Shown here: piece by piece, positions 10,063 to 20,030 of the stretch
Layout of the letters: each line of letters starts with the position of its first letter
Numbering within the stretch: position 1 is the stretch's first letter
Assembly: GCA_964005815.1 (NCBI GenBank)
Contig: CAXFSR010000013.1
Coordinates: 23,722 to 87,721 of the forward strand
Origin: an uncultured Nitrospinaceae bacterium
Lineage (GTDB): Bacteria > UBA8248
Direction of reading: 5' to 3'
Length of the DNA: 64,000 nucleotides
The notes under the pieces: model-generated
The model's input: the letters and a program-made list of their open reading frames with translations, nothing else
Database searches by the model: none
What the model was told of the DNA's origin: nothing
Position numbers and translations under genes: made by a program

Positions 10063-11150
10063 GTATAATAGAGAGATACATTTTAAAGCGTTTTCTAGTT
10101 TTCCTGGCTCTTTTCCATATCGGAACAACAACACTTTTTTTACTCGCAGAATTCATCGAACGAATTGATGACCTAGTGGAAAAGAATGCATCTTTTTCTC
10201 ACAGTTTTCTTTATTTTTTCTATAAGATTCCTATGCTTTCCGTTGAAGCAATGCCAGTATCAGTTCTATTAGGTTCAGTAACTACATTATTTATTTTTTC
10301 AAGAAGAAAGGAAATACTTTCGATGTTAGTTTCTGGTATTAGCATCTATAAAATTATAAGCCCAATTCTAATCGCAACACTAGCTATAGGTCTTCTAAAC
10401 TTTCTTGCAAGTGAATTTGTAACTCCAAAAACTAATGAACTATGGTATTACAATTGGCGAGTGAACATAAAAAAGATACCTATTAAGTCTTACCAAGAAC
10501 AAAATTCTGTATGGTTTAGATCTAAGGACAAATCCATTATTTGGTTTATTAATCACTATGACCCAAAATTAAAGAAGATGAAGAACGTGACTCTCTTTTT
10601 TTTAGATAACAACTATAATTTAAGAAAAAAAGTTCAGGCTCTTCAGTCAAAATGGGATAAAAAAGATTCTAATTGGATTTTCTTTAATGGGAAAATACAA
10701 AAATTTCTTTCTTCCGGAAACATATACAAAAAAGAGTTTGACAAGCTAAAAATGAATGTCTTTGAAAAACCTAGTGATTTCGAAGATATAAGAAAAGATC
10801 CTGAACAAATGAATTATCGAGAGATAAGATCTTACATTGATTTCCTAAAACAAACTGGCGTAAATCCAACAAAATTTGAGGTCCAAAAATGGTCAAAATT
10901 AGCGAAACCATTTATGATTTTCATATTAGTTCTGGTAATAATTCCATTTACTCTCAATAATAGTTTTAATTTTTCTTCTGCAATCGGAACTATTGTATCC
11001 GTTATTTTAGGATTTAGTTTTTTTGTGATTTTTTATGCAAGCCTATCACTAGGCGATAATGGCACATTACCACCATTCTTTTCCGCATTCGCACCTAACG
11101 TTCTTTTTCTTGGTCTTGGAACGTACTTCTTAACATTTTTGAAGAGCTAA
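10059..11150 (+). CDS. lptG: LPS export ABC permease LptG
   Basis: IIERYI start, LPPFFSAFAPN end; ATGA overlap with lptF. Confidence 0.88.
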   Translation: MSIIERYILKRFLVFLALFHIGTTTLFLLAEFIERIDDLVEKNASFSHSFLYFFYKIPMLSVEAMPVSVLLGSVTTLFIFSRRKEILSMLVSGISIYKIISPILIATLAIGLLNFLASEFVTPKTNELWYYNWRVNIKKIPIKSYQEQNSVWFRSKDKSIIWFINHYDPKLKKMKNVTLFFLDNNYNLRKKVQALQSKWDKKDSNWIFFNGKIQKFLSSGNIYKKEFDKLKMNVFEKPSDFEDIRKDPEQMNYREIRSYIDFLKQTGVNPTKFEVQKWSKLAKPFMIFILVLVIIPFTLNNSFNFSSAIGTIVSVILGFSFFVIFYASLSLGDNGTLPPFFSAFAPNVLFLGLGTYFLTFLKS

Positions 11151-11152
11151 AA

Positions 11153-12235
11153 CTAGCAAATCTTTTTGAGTATAAGTTCCCATAAGGAGTCAGAATTATC
11201 TATTTTCATTTTCACAGTTAAAACTAACAAAGGAACGCCAAGCTTAAAATCGTCAAGTTTCACAACATCTTTTTGAGTAGTAATCATATAATCTGGATTT
11301 AATTCTTGAGTTTTTTTCCTTATTTTCTCGAGATTTCTTTCGCAATAAAAAACATGATCAGGAAACTTAAGATGTTCTATTATAGTAATACCTTGTTTTT
11401 CGAGAATATTATCAAAAGAATCTGGATTTCCAATCCCACTAAAGGCAAGAATTCTACTTGATTTAATATCTTCCAATTTAAAATAGGATTCCTGTTCGGG
11501 ACAAAAAATATGCTCAACAGTTAGTTCGCCTTTAAAAATAGGCACTGTGAGATTTAGGGAAGCAAGGTTTTGCTCCCCTTTCTCTTTATCTTCTCCAGTA
11601 ACAAGAAATGCATCCGCATACTTAGAATGACTTATTGGTTCTCTCAAAATACCTGATGGAAAAACTCTACCATTTCCAAACGGATTCTTACCATGAAAAA
11701 GAAGAAAATCGAAGTTTCTTTTTAATTTCAAGTATTGGAAACCATCATCAATCAATACAACATCTACATTAAAACTAGATATAACTTTTTCGCCTGAAAG
11801 TATACGATCAGTACCAGTTATTATGGGAACATTGGGAAATAATCTTGATAACATGACTGATTCATCTGAAGCAGGAGGAGAGGTTAAAATATTGCCTTTT
11901 CCGTCACTTACTAATGTGAAATTAGAATTTGAACTTCCGTATCCACGACTTATAACTGCTGGATTTAAATTTTTTTCAATTAACTTTCTAAGAAGCCAAA
12001 TTAAAACTGGTGTTTTTCCCGTTCCACCCAATGAAATATTTCCAATAGAAATAACTGGCACGGACAAAAATGTAGATTTAAAAAAATTTGTATCAAAAAG
12101 ATACCTTCTAACAAACATTAGTACGGAGTATACAAAACCAAATGGAAATAGAATTAAAGTTAACATTTTTGCCCATAATCTGGCATTTTTTTTGCCGCTT
12201 AGAGCATTTAACAAATAAATTCTAAATTTATTCAA
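11153..12235 (-). CDS. lpxK: Tetraacyldisaccharide 4'-kinase
   Basis: GNISLGGTGKTP, ISRGYG, DDGFQ, GILREP and FPDH motifs. TTG at 12235 after GAGGAG preferred over 12259. Confidence 0.93.
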   Translation of the reverse strand: MNKFRIYLLNALSGKKNARLWAKMLTLILFPFGFVYSVLMFVRRYLFDTNFFKSTFLSVPVISIGNISLGGTGKTPVLIWLLRKLIEKNLNPAVISRGYGSSNSNFTLVSDGKGNILTSPPASDESVMLSRLFPNVPIITGTDRILSGEKVISSFNVDVVLIDDGFQYLKLKRNFDFLLFHGKNPFGNGRVFPSGILREPISHSKYADAFLVTGEDKEKGEQNLASLNLTVPIFKGELTVEHIFCPEQESYFKLEDIKSSRILAFSGIGNPDSFDNILEKQGITIIEHLKFPDHVFYCERNLEKIRKKTQELNPDYMITTQKDVVKLDDFKLGVPLLVLTVKMKIDNSDSLWELILKKIC

Positions 12236-13526
12236 TTTCCAACTCCTCAGAAGTCTCAATTGCCTTCAATATTAAACTAGTTGCATATAAAGAAGACCCT
12301 TGATTGTCTCTTACCAATTTATATCCTATAGAACCTACTTTTTTCCTTAAGACTTCATTTGAAAGCAAATCGTTCATTACTCTCTTTAGATCCTGTTCTC
12401 CTTCAACCTGGTATGCAGCTCCTTCTTTTAGAAGCAACTCTGAGACCTGATTAAAATTATACATATGTGGACCAAAAATTACTGGAATTCCACGCACAGC
12501 AACTTCTATTGGATTCTGCCCCCCATGCCTAATTAAACTTCCACCAACAAAAGCAAAAGTAGCATAAGAATAAAACTTAGCTAGTTCTCCCATTACATCT
12601 AGTATTATTATCTGTCCATCTTCTAAAATATTTTCAGAAATAGAACTCCATAAAACAGATTTTTGTCCCATATTTTGTATTTTTTTTTGGATCGATTCAG
12701 TCCTATTTATGTGACGTGGTGCAATCATTAGGCTAATCTTAGGAAATTTCCGCTGCAAACTTACAAAAACTGATGTAACAATTTCTTCCTCACCCTCATG
12801 CGTACTACCTGCCAGTATTAGGTTCTCCAATACAGAAATTTTTGGTTTAGAAAAATTGGCATTTTTCTCGTTATTTTCAGGTAAAAGCTCAACTGAATCG
12901 TATTTAATATCGCCTGATACAGTTACATCACAAGCTCCCAAAGAAACAAAATATCCTGCATCCTCTTTTCCACGTGCGACTACTTTAGATAAAAGATTAA
13001 ATATTGGTCGGAAAAAAAAGCCAAATGATTTATATCTATTAAATGAACGTCTTGAAAGTCTTGCATTTACGATAAAAACTGGGCATCCATATCTTCGGGC
13101 TTGGTTTATTATATTAGGCCATATTTCAGTTTCTATTATCACCAATATATCAGGGTTCATAGATTTAAAAATTCTTTTGACTATCGAAATAAAATCAAAT
13201 GGAAGATAGAACACTTTTTCAACTCCCGGAATTTTCAAAGCTTCTAGTCTTCCGGTCTGAGTTACAGTTGAAACATAAATTATTAATTCAGGATTTTTAT
13301 TAGAAATCGTTTTTATTACTGTTTCAGCTACTTTCACTTCACCTACTGAAACGGCATGAAACCAAAGTTTCTTACTTTCTAAATTTTTCGGTCCAAACTT
13401 ATTAAAACCAAATCTTTCAAAGAGACCAACTAAAGAATCTTTTCTCTTCCACGTTCGATAGATAAAGAATAAAAGTAATAAAGGAGAAAAAATCCGAAGC
13501 AAAAAATTGTATAAAAAATAAGACAT
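12228..13526 (-). CDS. waaA: Kdo transferase
   Basis: WFHAVSVGE, ETEIWPN, AGSTHEGEE and GGQNPIE motifs. Confidence 0.95.
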   Translation of the reverse strand: MSYFLYNFLLRIFSPLLLLFFIYRTWKRKDSLVGLFERFGFNKFGPKNLESKKLWFHAVSVGEVKVAETVIKTISNKNPELIIYVSTVTQTGRLEALKIPGVEKVFYLPFDFISIVKRIFKSMNPDILVIIETEIWPNIINQARRYGCPVFIVNARLSRRSFNRYKSFGFFFRPIFNLLSKVVARGKEDAGYFVSLGACDVTVSGDIKYDSVELLPENNEKNANFSKPKISVLENLILAGSTHEGEEEIVTSVFVSLQRKFPKISLMIAPRHINRTESIQKKIQNMGQKSVLWSSISENILEDGQIIILDVMGELAKFYSYATFAFVGGSLIRHGGQNPIEVAVRGIPVIFGPHMYNFNQVSELLLKEGAAYQVEGEQDLKRVMNDLLSNEVLRKKVGSIGYKLVRDNQGSSLYATSLILKAIETSEELEIE

Positions 13527-14269
13527 TAAGAAATCTTTTCATCTTTTATTGTTAATGAAGATTCAGCTAATAGGTTAGACTTTTTTATTGCATCCTGAAT
13601 CTGAATTGTATAATTTTCTAATTCGTTTCGTTTTAATTTTCTTGGTACTGAAATCGGCTCTCCATAATTCATTGATAATTTTGAAAAAGGAAGGGGAATA
13701 ACAGTCCTATCCCATGTTGACAATTCAAATGAATTCTTGATAGCAAAACCTAAAGGTAAAATTTTACACCCGCTTAAAGAAGCCAGCTTAACTATTCCGT
13801 TTTTAACTTCATTTGGAGGTCCCTTAGGTCCATCTGGAGTTAAAACTAGGTTATACCCTTCCCTGGAACTCTGGATGAGGCTTCTTAGAGCCATACCTCC
13901 ACCTTTGTTAACAGAAATTGTACTAGAGGACCCCCTAACAAAACGGCTTCCAAAACGAAACATGATTCGTGAAATTAGTTCTCCATCTCTACTTTTACTC
14001 GTTAGACATTTATGTGGCATAGTTCGGAAAAATGAGATGGGAAGTGTTATATGTCTATGCCAGAATACAAAAATATATTTTCCAAATTTATCTCTAAGAA
14101 CTTCTTCATGTAACTTAGGCTGGAGACATTCTATGGTCATAGTTTTGTAGATAGAATTTAATAATTGATAAATTGCACTAGAAAAAAAACGTATTCGGAA
14201 AGATACATCGATTTTTAAACCAAAAATATCATAATTCTGGTCAATTCTATCTCTATTTTGTTTCTGCAT
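13526..14269 (-). CDS. DUF374 lysophospholipid acyltransferase family protein (LpxJ-like)
   Basis: FWH, SKSRDGE, RGSS, TPDGPKGP and SxWDRxxIPLPF motifs; between lpxB and waaA. ATG at 14269 chosen. Confidence 0.82.
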   Translation of the reverse strand: MQKQNRDRIDQNYDIFGLKIDVSFRIRFFSSAIYQLLNSIYKTMTIECLQPKLHEEVLRDKFGKYIFVFWHRHITLPISFFRTMPHKCLTSKSRDGELISRIMFRFGSRFVRGSSSTISVNKGGGMALRSLIQSSREGYNLVLTPDGPKGPPNEVKNGIVKLASLSGCKILPLGFAIKNSFELSTWDRTVIPLPFSKLSMNYGEPISVPRKLKRNELENYTIQIQDAIKKSNLLAESSLTIKDEKIS

Positions 14270-15422
14270 TTTCAAACCAATCATTCAAAATATATTCTGA
14301 CGCATTTATATATGGATTTGAAGATTCTAGCTTTTTTCTAATTTCACTTATAAAAGTTTTTTCTTTCTTAAATTTATTTCCTTCAATAAAAAGATTTCTT
14401 ACTAATTTCGCAATATCAATACCGTTTACTTTTCCCTGCAGTAGTTCTGGGACAACTTCTTCACCAACAATTAAATTCGACAAACCTAAATAATCTACTC
14501 TCATTAAGAAATACTTAGCTAAAAAATAACTTAGAATATCAGTTTTATATATAAGTATAGATTCAACTCCTATTACAGAGGCTTCCAAAGAAGCGGTTCC
14601 ACTTGAAACAATAGCAAAATCTGAAATTTTAAGAAGTTCGGATAATTTTCCACGATAAGGAAGAATAAAATTTTCAGATTTGTTTAAAAATGAATGGATT
14701 GTATCTTTAGGAAGTGAGTTTGCTTCAGAAACTACAAAAACTGTTTTTGATAATTCTGAATGCAGAATCCTTGCAGCATCAATCATAGGAGGCAGATGCC
14801 TATTCAACTCTTTTCTCCTACTCCCTGGAACAAGAGCTATGATATTATAGGTATTATCAATATTTAGATCGTTCTTTGTTAAGCCCGTTTTCGTTTTTTG
14901 CATTAACTCAAAACATATTGGATTTCCAATATATTTAGCAGGGATATTACTTTTTTTAAAGAATACGTTCTCAAAAGGAAAAATTGTGAGTACCAGATCA
15001 AAGTTCTTTGCAATCTTTTTTGTACGAGATGGTTTCCATCCCCAAATTTGTGGAGGAATAAAATATATCATACGACTTTTCAGAAGATTTTTCTTTAATA
15101 ACCTAACTAAATTCATATTAAAACCTGGGAAATCTACAAAGATTACTATCTCAGGTTTTTTTTCGATCGCAAACTTTAAAATTTTTGAACGAGTTTTCAT
15201 TAATTCAGGAATAACTTTTATTCCATCAAGTATACCCGTAACTGAAACATTCTCGTAAGAATACAGGATCTCAACTCCAGCAGAATCCATGTACGGACCA
15301 CCCATACCAGAAAACATTATTTGAGGATACTGCTCTGAAATTGAACTAACCAATCTAGAAGCGTGAAGATCTCCAGATGCCTCACCAGCTATAATCATTA
15401 TCCTGGAGGGAGTTGATTTCAT
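14253..15422 (-). CDS. lpxB: Lipid-A-disaccharide synthase
   Basis: AGEASGDLH, VDFPGFN, PPQIWGW, PGSRRKE and SSGTASLE motifs. Confidence 0.95.
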   Translation of the reverse strand: MKSTPSRIMIIAGEASGDLHASRLVSSISEQYPQIMFSGMGGPYMDSAGVEILYSYENVSVTGILDGIKVIPELMKTRSKILKFAIEKKPEIVIFVDFPGFNMNLVRLLKKNLLKSRMIYFIPPQIWGWKPSRTKKIAKNFDLVLTIFPFENVFFKKSNIPAKYIGNPICFELMQKTKTGLTKNDLNIDNTYNIIALVPGSRRKELNRHLPPMIDAARILHSELSKTVFVVSEANSLPKDTIHSFLNKSENFILPYRGKLSELLKISDFAIVSSGTASLEASVIGVESILIYKTDILSYFLAKYFLMRVDYLGLSNLIVGEEVVPELLQGKVNGIDIAKLVRNLFIEGNKFKKEKTFISEIRKKLESSNPYINASEYILNDWFENAETK

Positions 15423-16252
15423 TTTTTGAGATTTTCCGAAAGACCGTAAATTTTAATTCCTGCCATTTCAGAATTGTTCATTACTTCATCATAATCTGTA
15501 ACTAAAGTGCCATTCGCTTGCATAACAAGCGCTGAAGCAGAAATCTTTTTCAAAACATCAATTGTATCTAACCCAATTACAGGAAGATCATAACGAGGAT
15601 CTTGACTAGGACGAGCAACCTTACAAATAACGCTTCCCTCGACTCCTAATTCATGCGACCTGTAAAGGGTAGCATCTGTCCCTTCAATCCCTTCAACAGC
15701 AATTACAGCTCCATTTTTAAACACTACTGTTTGTCCAATATCTAAATCGGCAATTTTTCGAGTTATTTGATAATAACTTCTAAATTCTGAGATATCTTCT
15801 TCGTCAATTTCAATTTGATTTAGAGAACCTTCCTGAGCAACTATCGATTTCAAAAATCTTAACTGAGAAATAACTTTCAAACCATTAGTTTCTATGAAAT
15901 CAATTATTTGATTCATTATACTCACATCATTTAGACGACCTGCATTTTCTAAAATCTTCCTTGCATGTTCATCAAATTCATGAATAGAAGTGAAAATTCT
16001 TCTTTTATCTACCTTACCGGCAAAACCAATATTCTTAACCCCTTGAAGTTTGAAATAGTCGATTATCTCCATTGGTTTGCCAATAGGGAAAAAGATTGAA
16101 TTGTCTGTAATATTTTTCAACAAACTAAAAGAATTCTCTGTTAATCCAACACCAACCACAGAAATTCCTTCTTTCTTCGCAGATTTAATAAATTCCAATG
16201 GAAGAACTCCATCTCCAGCTATTAATCCTACTCGTTCAGTTAAATCTTTCAT
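15419..16252 (-). CDS. lpxI: UDP-2,3-diacylglucosamine hydrolase LpxI (DUF1009)
   Basis: GLIAGDGVLP, DIGQTVV, AVEGIEGTD and QDPRYDLPVIG motifs. Confidence 0.92.
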   Translation of the reverse strand: MKDLTERVGLIAGDGVLPLEFIKSAKKEGISVVGVGLTENSFSLLKNITDNSIFFPIGKPMEIIDYFKLQGVKNIGFAGKVDKRRIFTSIHEFDEHARKILENAGRLNDVSIMNQIIDFIETNGLKVISQLRFLKSIVAQEGSLNQIEIDEEDISEFRSYYQITRKIADLDIGQTVVFKNGAVIAVEGIEGTDATLYRSHELGVEGSVICKVARPSQDPRYDLPVIGLDTIDVLKKISASALVMQANGTLVTDYDEVMNNSEMAGIKIYGLSENLKK

Positions 16253-16263
16253 ATATTCTCAAA

Positions 16264-17235
16264 TTAAGAAGAGACGGGGGCAGGAATATCCAAGATATCA
16301 AGAATCTGAAGTGCTACTTCTAAAGAAAATAAATCTAAATGCGGATTTTCTACTACCTTTTTAGCTGAAGCAGAATCTAAAAAGTGTCGCAACTCTAATT
16401 TCAAAGGATTATCCTTATGGACGAATAATCTCTCCAATTCAGATTGTTCCCTATATTTCAGATCTTCTCTTGAGAGCTGATGTTCACTAGATGCCTTCCT
16501 TTGAATACGTAATTCTTGGTCACCATAATCAAGGGTTATATATGCATCTGGTTGAGATATTGAAAGAGTACGAATTTTACTCTGTGTTACCCTACTAGCG
16601 ATCAAATTTGCAACACAACCATTCTCAAAAACCATTTGGACATTTGCGATATCATCTCTTTGACTATGGATGGATGCTCCAACTGCAGATAATGATACTA
16701 CCTTCTCATTCATAAGCCTAAGAACTATATCAAGATCATGAATCATCAAATCAAGTACAACACCATCATCCCTAACACGTTCGGTAAAAGGCCCCATTCT
16801 GCGACACTCTATTAGAGATGGATTAGTTACAATATTTTTCAATTCTTGAACAGCGCCATTAAACCTCTCAACATGACCAATATGCAAAACGAGTTTATTC
16901 TTTTTCGCGATTTCATATAATTCTTTAGACTCTTCTAAGGTATTAGCAATCGGTTTTTCAACAAGAACATGAACCCCACTTTGAAGAAAAAATCTGGAAA
17001 CAGAGAAGTGATGTCGTGTTGGAACCGCAATCGTAACTGCATCTACTGAATCCAACATATCTTCTGGTCTCTTAAAAAAAACAGTGCCATATTTATCTGC
17101 AATATATTTTGCTCTTTTTTCATCTAAATCACAGACTGCTACTATCTCATAATCTAAAAGTTCAGAAAGAGCTGCGACATGGTAACTACCCATATGACCA
17201 ACTCCAACTACCCCTACTCTTAATTGCCTTGACAT
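16264..17235 (-). CDS. Gfo/Idh/MocA oxidoreductase, GnnA-like (putative UDP-GlcNAc 3-dehydrogenase)
   Basis: GVGHMG, LVEKP, GHVERFN and DLMIHDLD motifs; located between lpxA and lpxI/lpxB. Confidence 0.8.
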   Translation of the reverse strand: MSRQLRVGVVGVGHMGSYHVAALSELLDYEIVAVCDLDEKRAKYIADKYGTVFFKRPEDMLDSVDAVTIAVPTRHHFSVSRFFLQSGVHVLVEKPIANTLEESKELYEIAKKNKLVLHIGHVERFNGAVQELKNIVTNPSLIECRRMGPFTERVRDDGVVLDLMIHDLDIVLRLMNEKVVSLSAVGASIHSQRDDIANVQMVFENGCVANLIASRVTQSKIRTLSISQPDAYITLDYGDQELRIQRKASSEHQLSREDLKYREQSELERLFVHKDNPLKLELRHFLDSASAKKVVENPHLDLFSLEVALQILDILDIPAPVSS

Positions 17236-17254
17236 TTCTTACACTCCATTAATT

Positions 17255-18037
17255 TCATATAGTTCCTTGATAAATACCACGCTCAGAACTCCTAACAAAA
17301 TCAATAACAATTTTTATCTCTCTATCAAGTACAAAATCATTTTCAATTTTCTTACACGAATCTATCAAAGTTTCTTTAGAATCAAACAAAACCTTATATA
17401 CTGACTTAATATTATTTCTAACTTTAGATGAAAGTCCTTTTCGTTTCATTCCTATAATATTTAAACCCCTCACTCGAACAGGATTTGAGTCTATCATAGT
17501 AAATGGAGGAATATCTTTTTTCACAGCACTATGTGCACCAATAAAAGAACCTTCACCAATACGTGTAAACTGATGAAAACCTACATAAGCTGATACAAAA
17601 ACATCATCTTGAATGAACGTATGACCGCCACACGCGCAAAAACTAGCAAAAATCACTCGATTTGACACTTTACAATCATGACCAACGTGGACCCCATTCA
17701 TTAAATAACAATCTTCACCTATGATGGTAGAATTTTGATTATCCATAGAACGATGAACTGTAACAAACTCTCGAATGACGGTCCGTTTTCCAATTACTAA
17801 ATCGCCTGTCTCTTTGTCTAGAGATAAAACTTGGGGTTCACAACCTAAAACAGCACCTGAGAAGATTCTACATTCTTCTTTAACAACTGTTGGCCCTTCA
17901 ATAACAACATTACAACCTATAGAAACTCCATCTTTAATTACAACATCTTTACCAATTACAGAACCTGAACCTATTTGCACATTATCACCTATAAGTGCAC
18001 TTTTATGTATCTCTACTGTTTTATGAATTTCATTCAC
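17255..18037 (-). CDS. lpxA: UDP-N-acetylglucosamine acyltransferase
   Basis: Hexapeptide repeats, IREFVTVHR, HVGHDC, FHQF and GLNIIGMKR. GTG at 18037 just after the fabZ stop chosen. Confidence 0.93.
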   Translation of the reverse strand: MNEIHKTVEIHKSALIGDNVQIGSGSVIGKDVVIKDGVSIGCNVVIEGPTVVKEECRIFSGAVLGCEPQVLSLDKETGDLVIGKRTVIREFVTVHRSMDNQNSTIIGEDCYLMNGVHVGHDCKVSNRVIFASFCACGGHTFIQDDVFVSAYVGFHQFTRIGEGSFIGAHSAVKKDIPPFTMIDSNPVRVRGLNIIGMKRKGLSSKVRNNIKSVYKVLFDSKETLIDSCKKIENDFVLDREIKIVIDFVRSSERGIYQGTI

Positions 18038-18041
18038 TTTT

Positions 18042-18473
18042 TTATCTCGTAACAAATGCTGAAATAATAGCTTCAGCAGCTACTTCCTTATTTACGGTTG
18101 CGACACCAGACATTTTAAAAAAATTACTTCTTGATTTTAACATCTTCACTTCTAATGAAAGACAATCCCCAGGAATCACAGCTCTCTTAAACTTTGCTTT
18201 CTCTATAGTAGTGAAAAAAAACGGGTCGCCTTTTTTTAAAATTTTCGAATAAAAAAGATAGACAACACCTGTCTGAGCGAGAGCTTCTAAAACTAAGACT
18301 CCAGGCATAATAGGTCTTTCCGGAAAATGTCCCTTAAAAAAATCAAGAGAAGTATCAATATTTTTTTCTGCTAAGATTAAAGGAATATCATTATTAATAG
18401 AAAGGACCCTATCTACTAGTAAGAATGGTTCTCTATGCGGAATAAGTTTCTTAATTCCATCTATTTCAATCAT
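18042..18473 (-). CDS. fabZ: 3-hydroxyacyl-ACP dehydratase
   Basis: [12 protein letters not shown] and [22 protein letters not shown] motifs. ATG at 18473 overlaps the lpxD stop. Confidence 0.95.
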   Translation of the reverse strand: MIEIDGIKKLIPHREPFLLVDRVLSINNDIPLILAEKNIDTSLDFFKGHFPERPIMPGVLVLEALAQTGVVYLFYSKILKKGDPFFFTTIEKAKFKRAVIPGDCLSLEVKMLKSRSNFFKMSGVATVNKEVAAEAIISAFVTR

Positions 18474-19467
18474 TCTTTTCCTCATCTTTATCGAAGGAAG
18501 AAAACTTCTTAAACAAATCTGGTAATCTTCTAAGTAATGATAAATTTCTCTTTGCAATTCCTATTTCTTCGGCAGGAAAACCAAAATAAGTTTTCCCTGT
18601 AATGAGCTTTTTTGACGCTGCACTTTTTGCGGCTAACTTAACATTATCTTCAATTTCCACATGCTCTATGGAACCTGATTGACCTCCAAAATAGACGTTT
18701 TTTCCAATCTTCACACTACCGGCGATACCAACTTGCGATGCTAAAAGACAATTCTCGCCAACAAAAACATTATGTGCAATCTGTACCTGATTATCTATCT
18801 TTGTCCCTGAGCAAATCCTAGTCTCTTCTATTGTCCCCCTATCAATAGTACTATTGGCTCCAACTTCAACATCATCTTCTAATACGACTACCCCAGTTTG
18901 AGGAAATTTTAGATGGTCGCCCGACTCTTCCTGTACGTATCCAAATCCATCTGAACCAATAACAACCCCAGCATGTAAGATAACCCTAGAACCTATTACA
19001 ACATCAGAATAAAGAACTACATTCGGAGAAATTTTACAATCCTCTCCAATAATTACTCCCTCTCCTATCTTTGTTCCAGCAGAAATCTGGCATCTATCTC
19101 CTATAGAAACATCGTCTCCTATGACAACATAAGGACCAATAAAAATATTTTTTCCTAATTTTACGTTTTTTCCATACAAAGCAGTTTCATCTAAACCTAT
19201 TTTCAAGTCTTTATCTGGTCGAAAAAGAGGAATTATTTTTGCAAAATCTAATTTTGGATTCCTTGAAATAATCGAGGGACGATCAGATTGAATTTCTGGT
19301 GGTATAATTAAGGCTCCAGCAGAACATTCTTTAAGATTTTTTTCTGAAAAAACAAAACTTAGTTCTTTAGAACTTGCACTCTTGTAATCGGCTATATCTG
19401 AAACCTCAAAATCACCATCGCCTATCAAATCACCATTTATGAATCCGGCTATTTTGGAAAGTCTCAT
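18466..19467 (-). CDS. lpxD: UDP-3-O-acylglucosamine N-acyltransferase
   Basis: Hexapeptide repeats, [18 protein letters not shown] and [11 protein letters not shown] motifs. Confidence 0.95.
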   Translation of the reverse strand: MRLSKIAGFINGDLIGDGDFEVSDIADYKSASSKELSFVFSEKNLKECSAGALIIPPEIQSDRPSIISRNPKLDFAKIIPLFRPDKDLKIGLDETALYGKNVKLGKNIFIGPYVVIGDDVSIGDRCQISAGTKIGEGVIIGEDCKISPNVVLYSDVVIGSRVILHAGVVIGSDGFGYVQEESGDHLKFPQTGVVVLEDDVEVGANSTIDRGTIEETRICSGTKIDNQVQIAHNVFVGENCLLASQVGIAGSVKIGKNVYFGGQSGSIEHVEIEDNVKLAAKSAASKKLITGKTYFGFPAEEIGIAKRNLSLLRRLPDLFKKFSSFDKDEEKND

Positions 19468-19475
19468 AAGGCCTA

Positions 19476-20015
19476 CTATTTTAAAGAATCATACCTCTGA
19501 ATAACTTTATTAGTTAGATCAATAGAACTATTTCGATATAAAACAAGAGTAGAACTATCTATGACTAAATCAAAATTTTGCTCTTTAGCAACTTTGCTAG
19601 AAATTTTTCTTATTGTTCCAACAATTTTACTGAGCACTCTTCTCTTTTCACGTTCTAAATCTCTTTTCTTTTCGCTAAAGAACAATCTTAATTCATCTCT
19701 TTTTCTAAGTAGTTTCCTTTGCAAACCGAGTACTTCTTTTCTTTTCTCGTCCCTCTTCTTTTTTCTCCAAATAGCAGCTTTTTGATTAAATTCATCTTGT
19801 AACTTTTTAACCTTGACCATTCTGTTTTGTAAATCTTTTCTTCTAGACTTAATTAAATTATCTAATTTTTTAGCTTTCTGTTCTAATTTACTACGAGCTT
19901 TTAGTGCTGGTTTAGAATTGCGAAGGACCTCCTGAACATCAACAACACCAAATTTGGCTGCAAAAACAGAATAACTAGAGAGCAACAAAAATAAAAATAA
20001 ACTTAATAGTCTCAT
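19476..20015 (-). CDS. skp: OmpH/Skp periplasmic chaperone
   Basis: Signal peptide, KFGVVDVQ, long coiled coil, FDLVID...IDLTNKVI; bamA-skp-lpxD synteny. Confidence 0.88.
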   Translation of the reverse strand: MRLLSLFLFLLLSSYSVFAAKFGVVDVQEVLRNSKPALKARSKLEQKAKKLDNLIKSRRKDLQNRMVKVKKLQDEFNQKAAIWRKKKRDEKRKEVLGLQRKLLRKRDELRLFFSEKKRDLEREKRRVLSKIVGTIRKISSKVAKEQNFDLVIDSSTLVLYRNSSIDLTNKVIQRYDSLK

Positions 20016-20030
20016 TTCACCTCAACAAAT

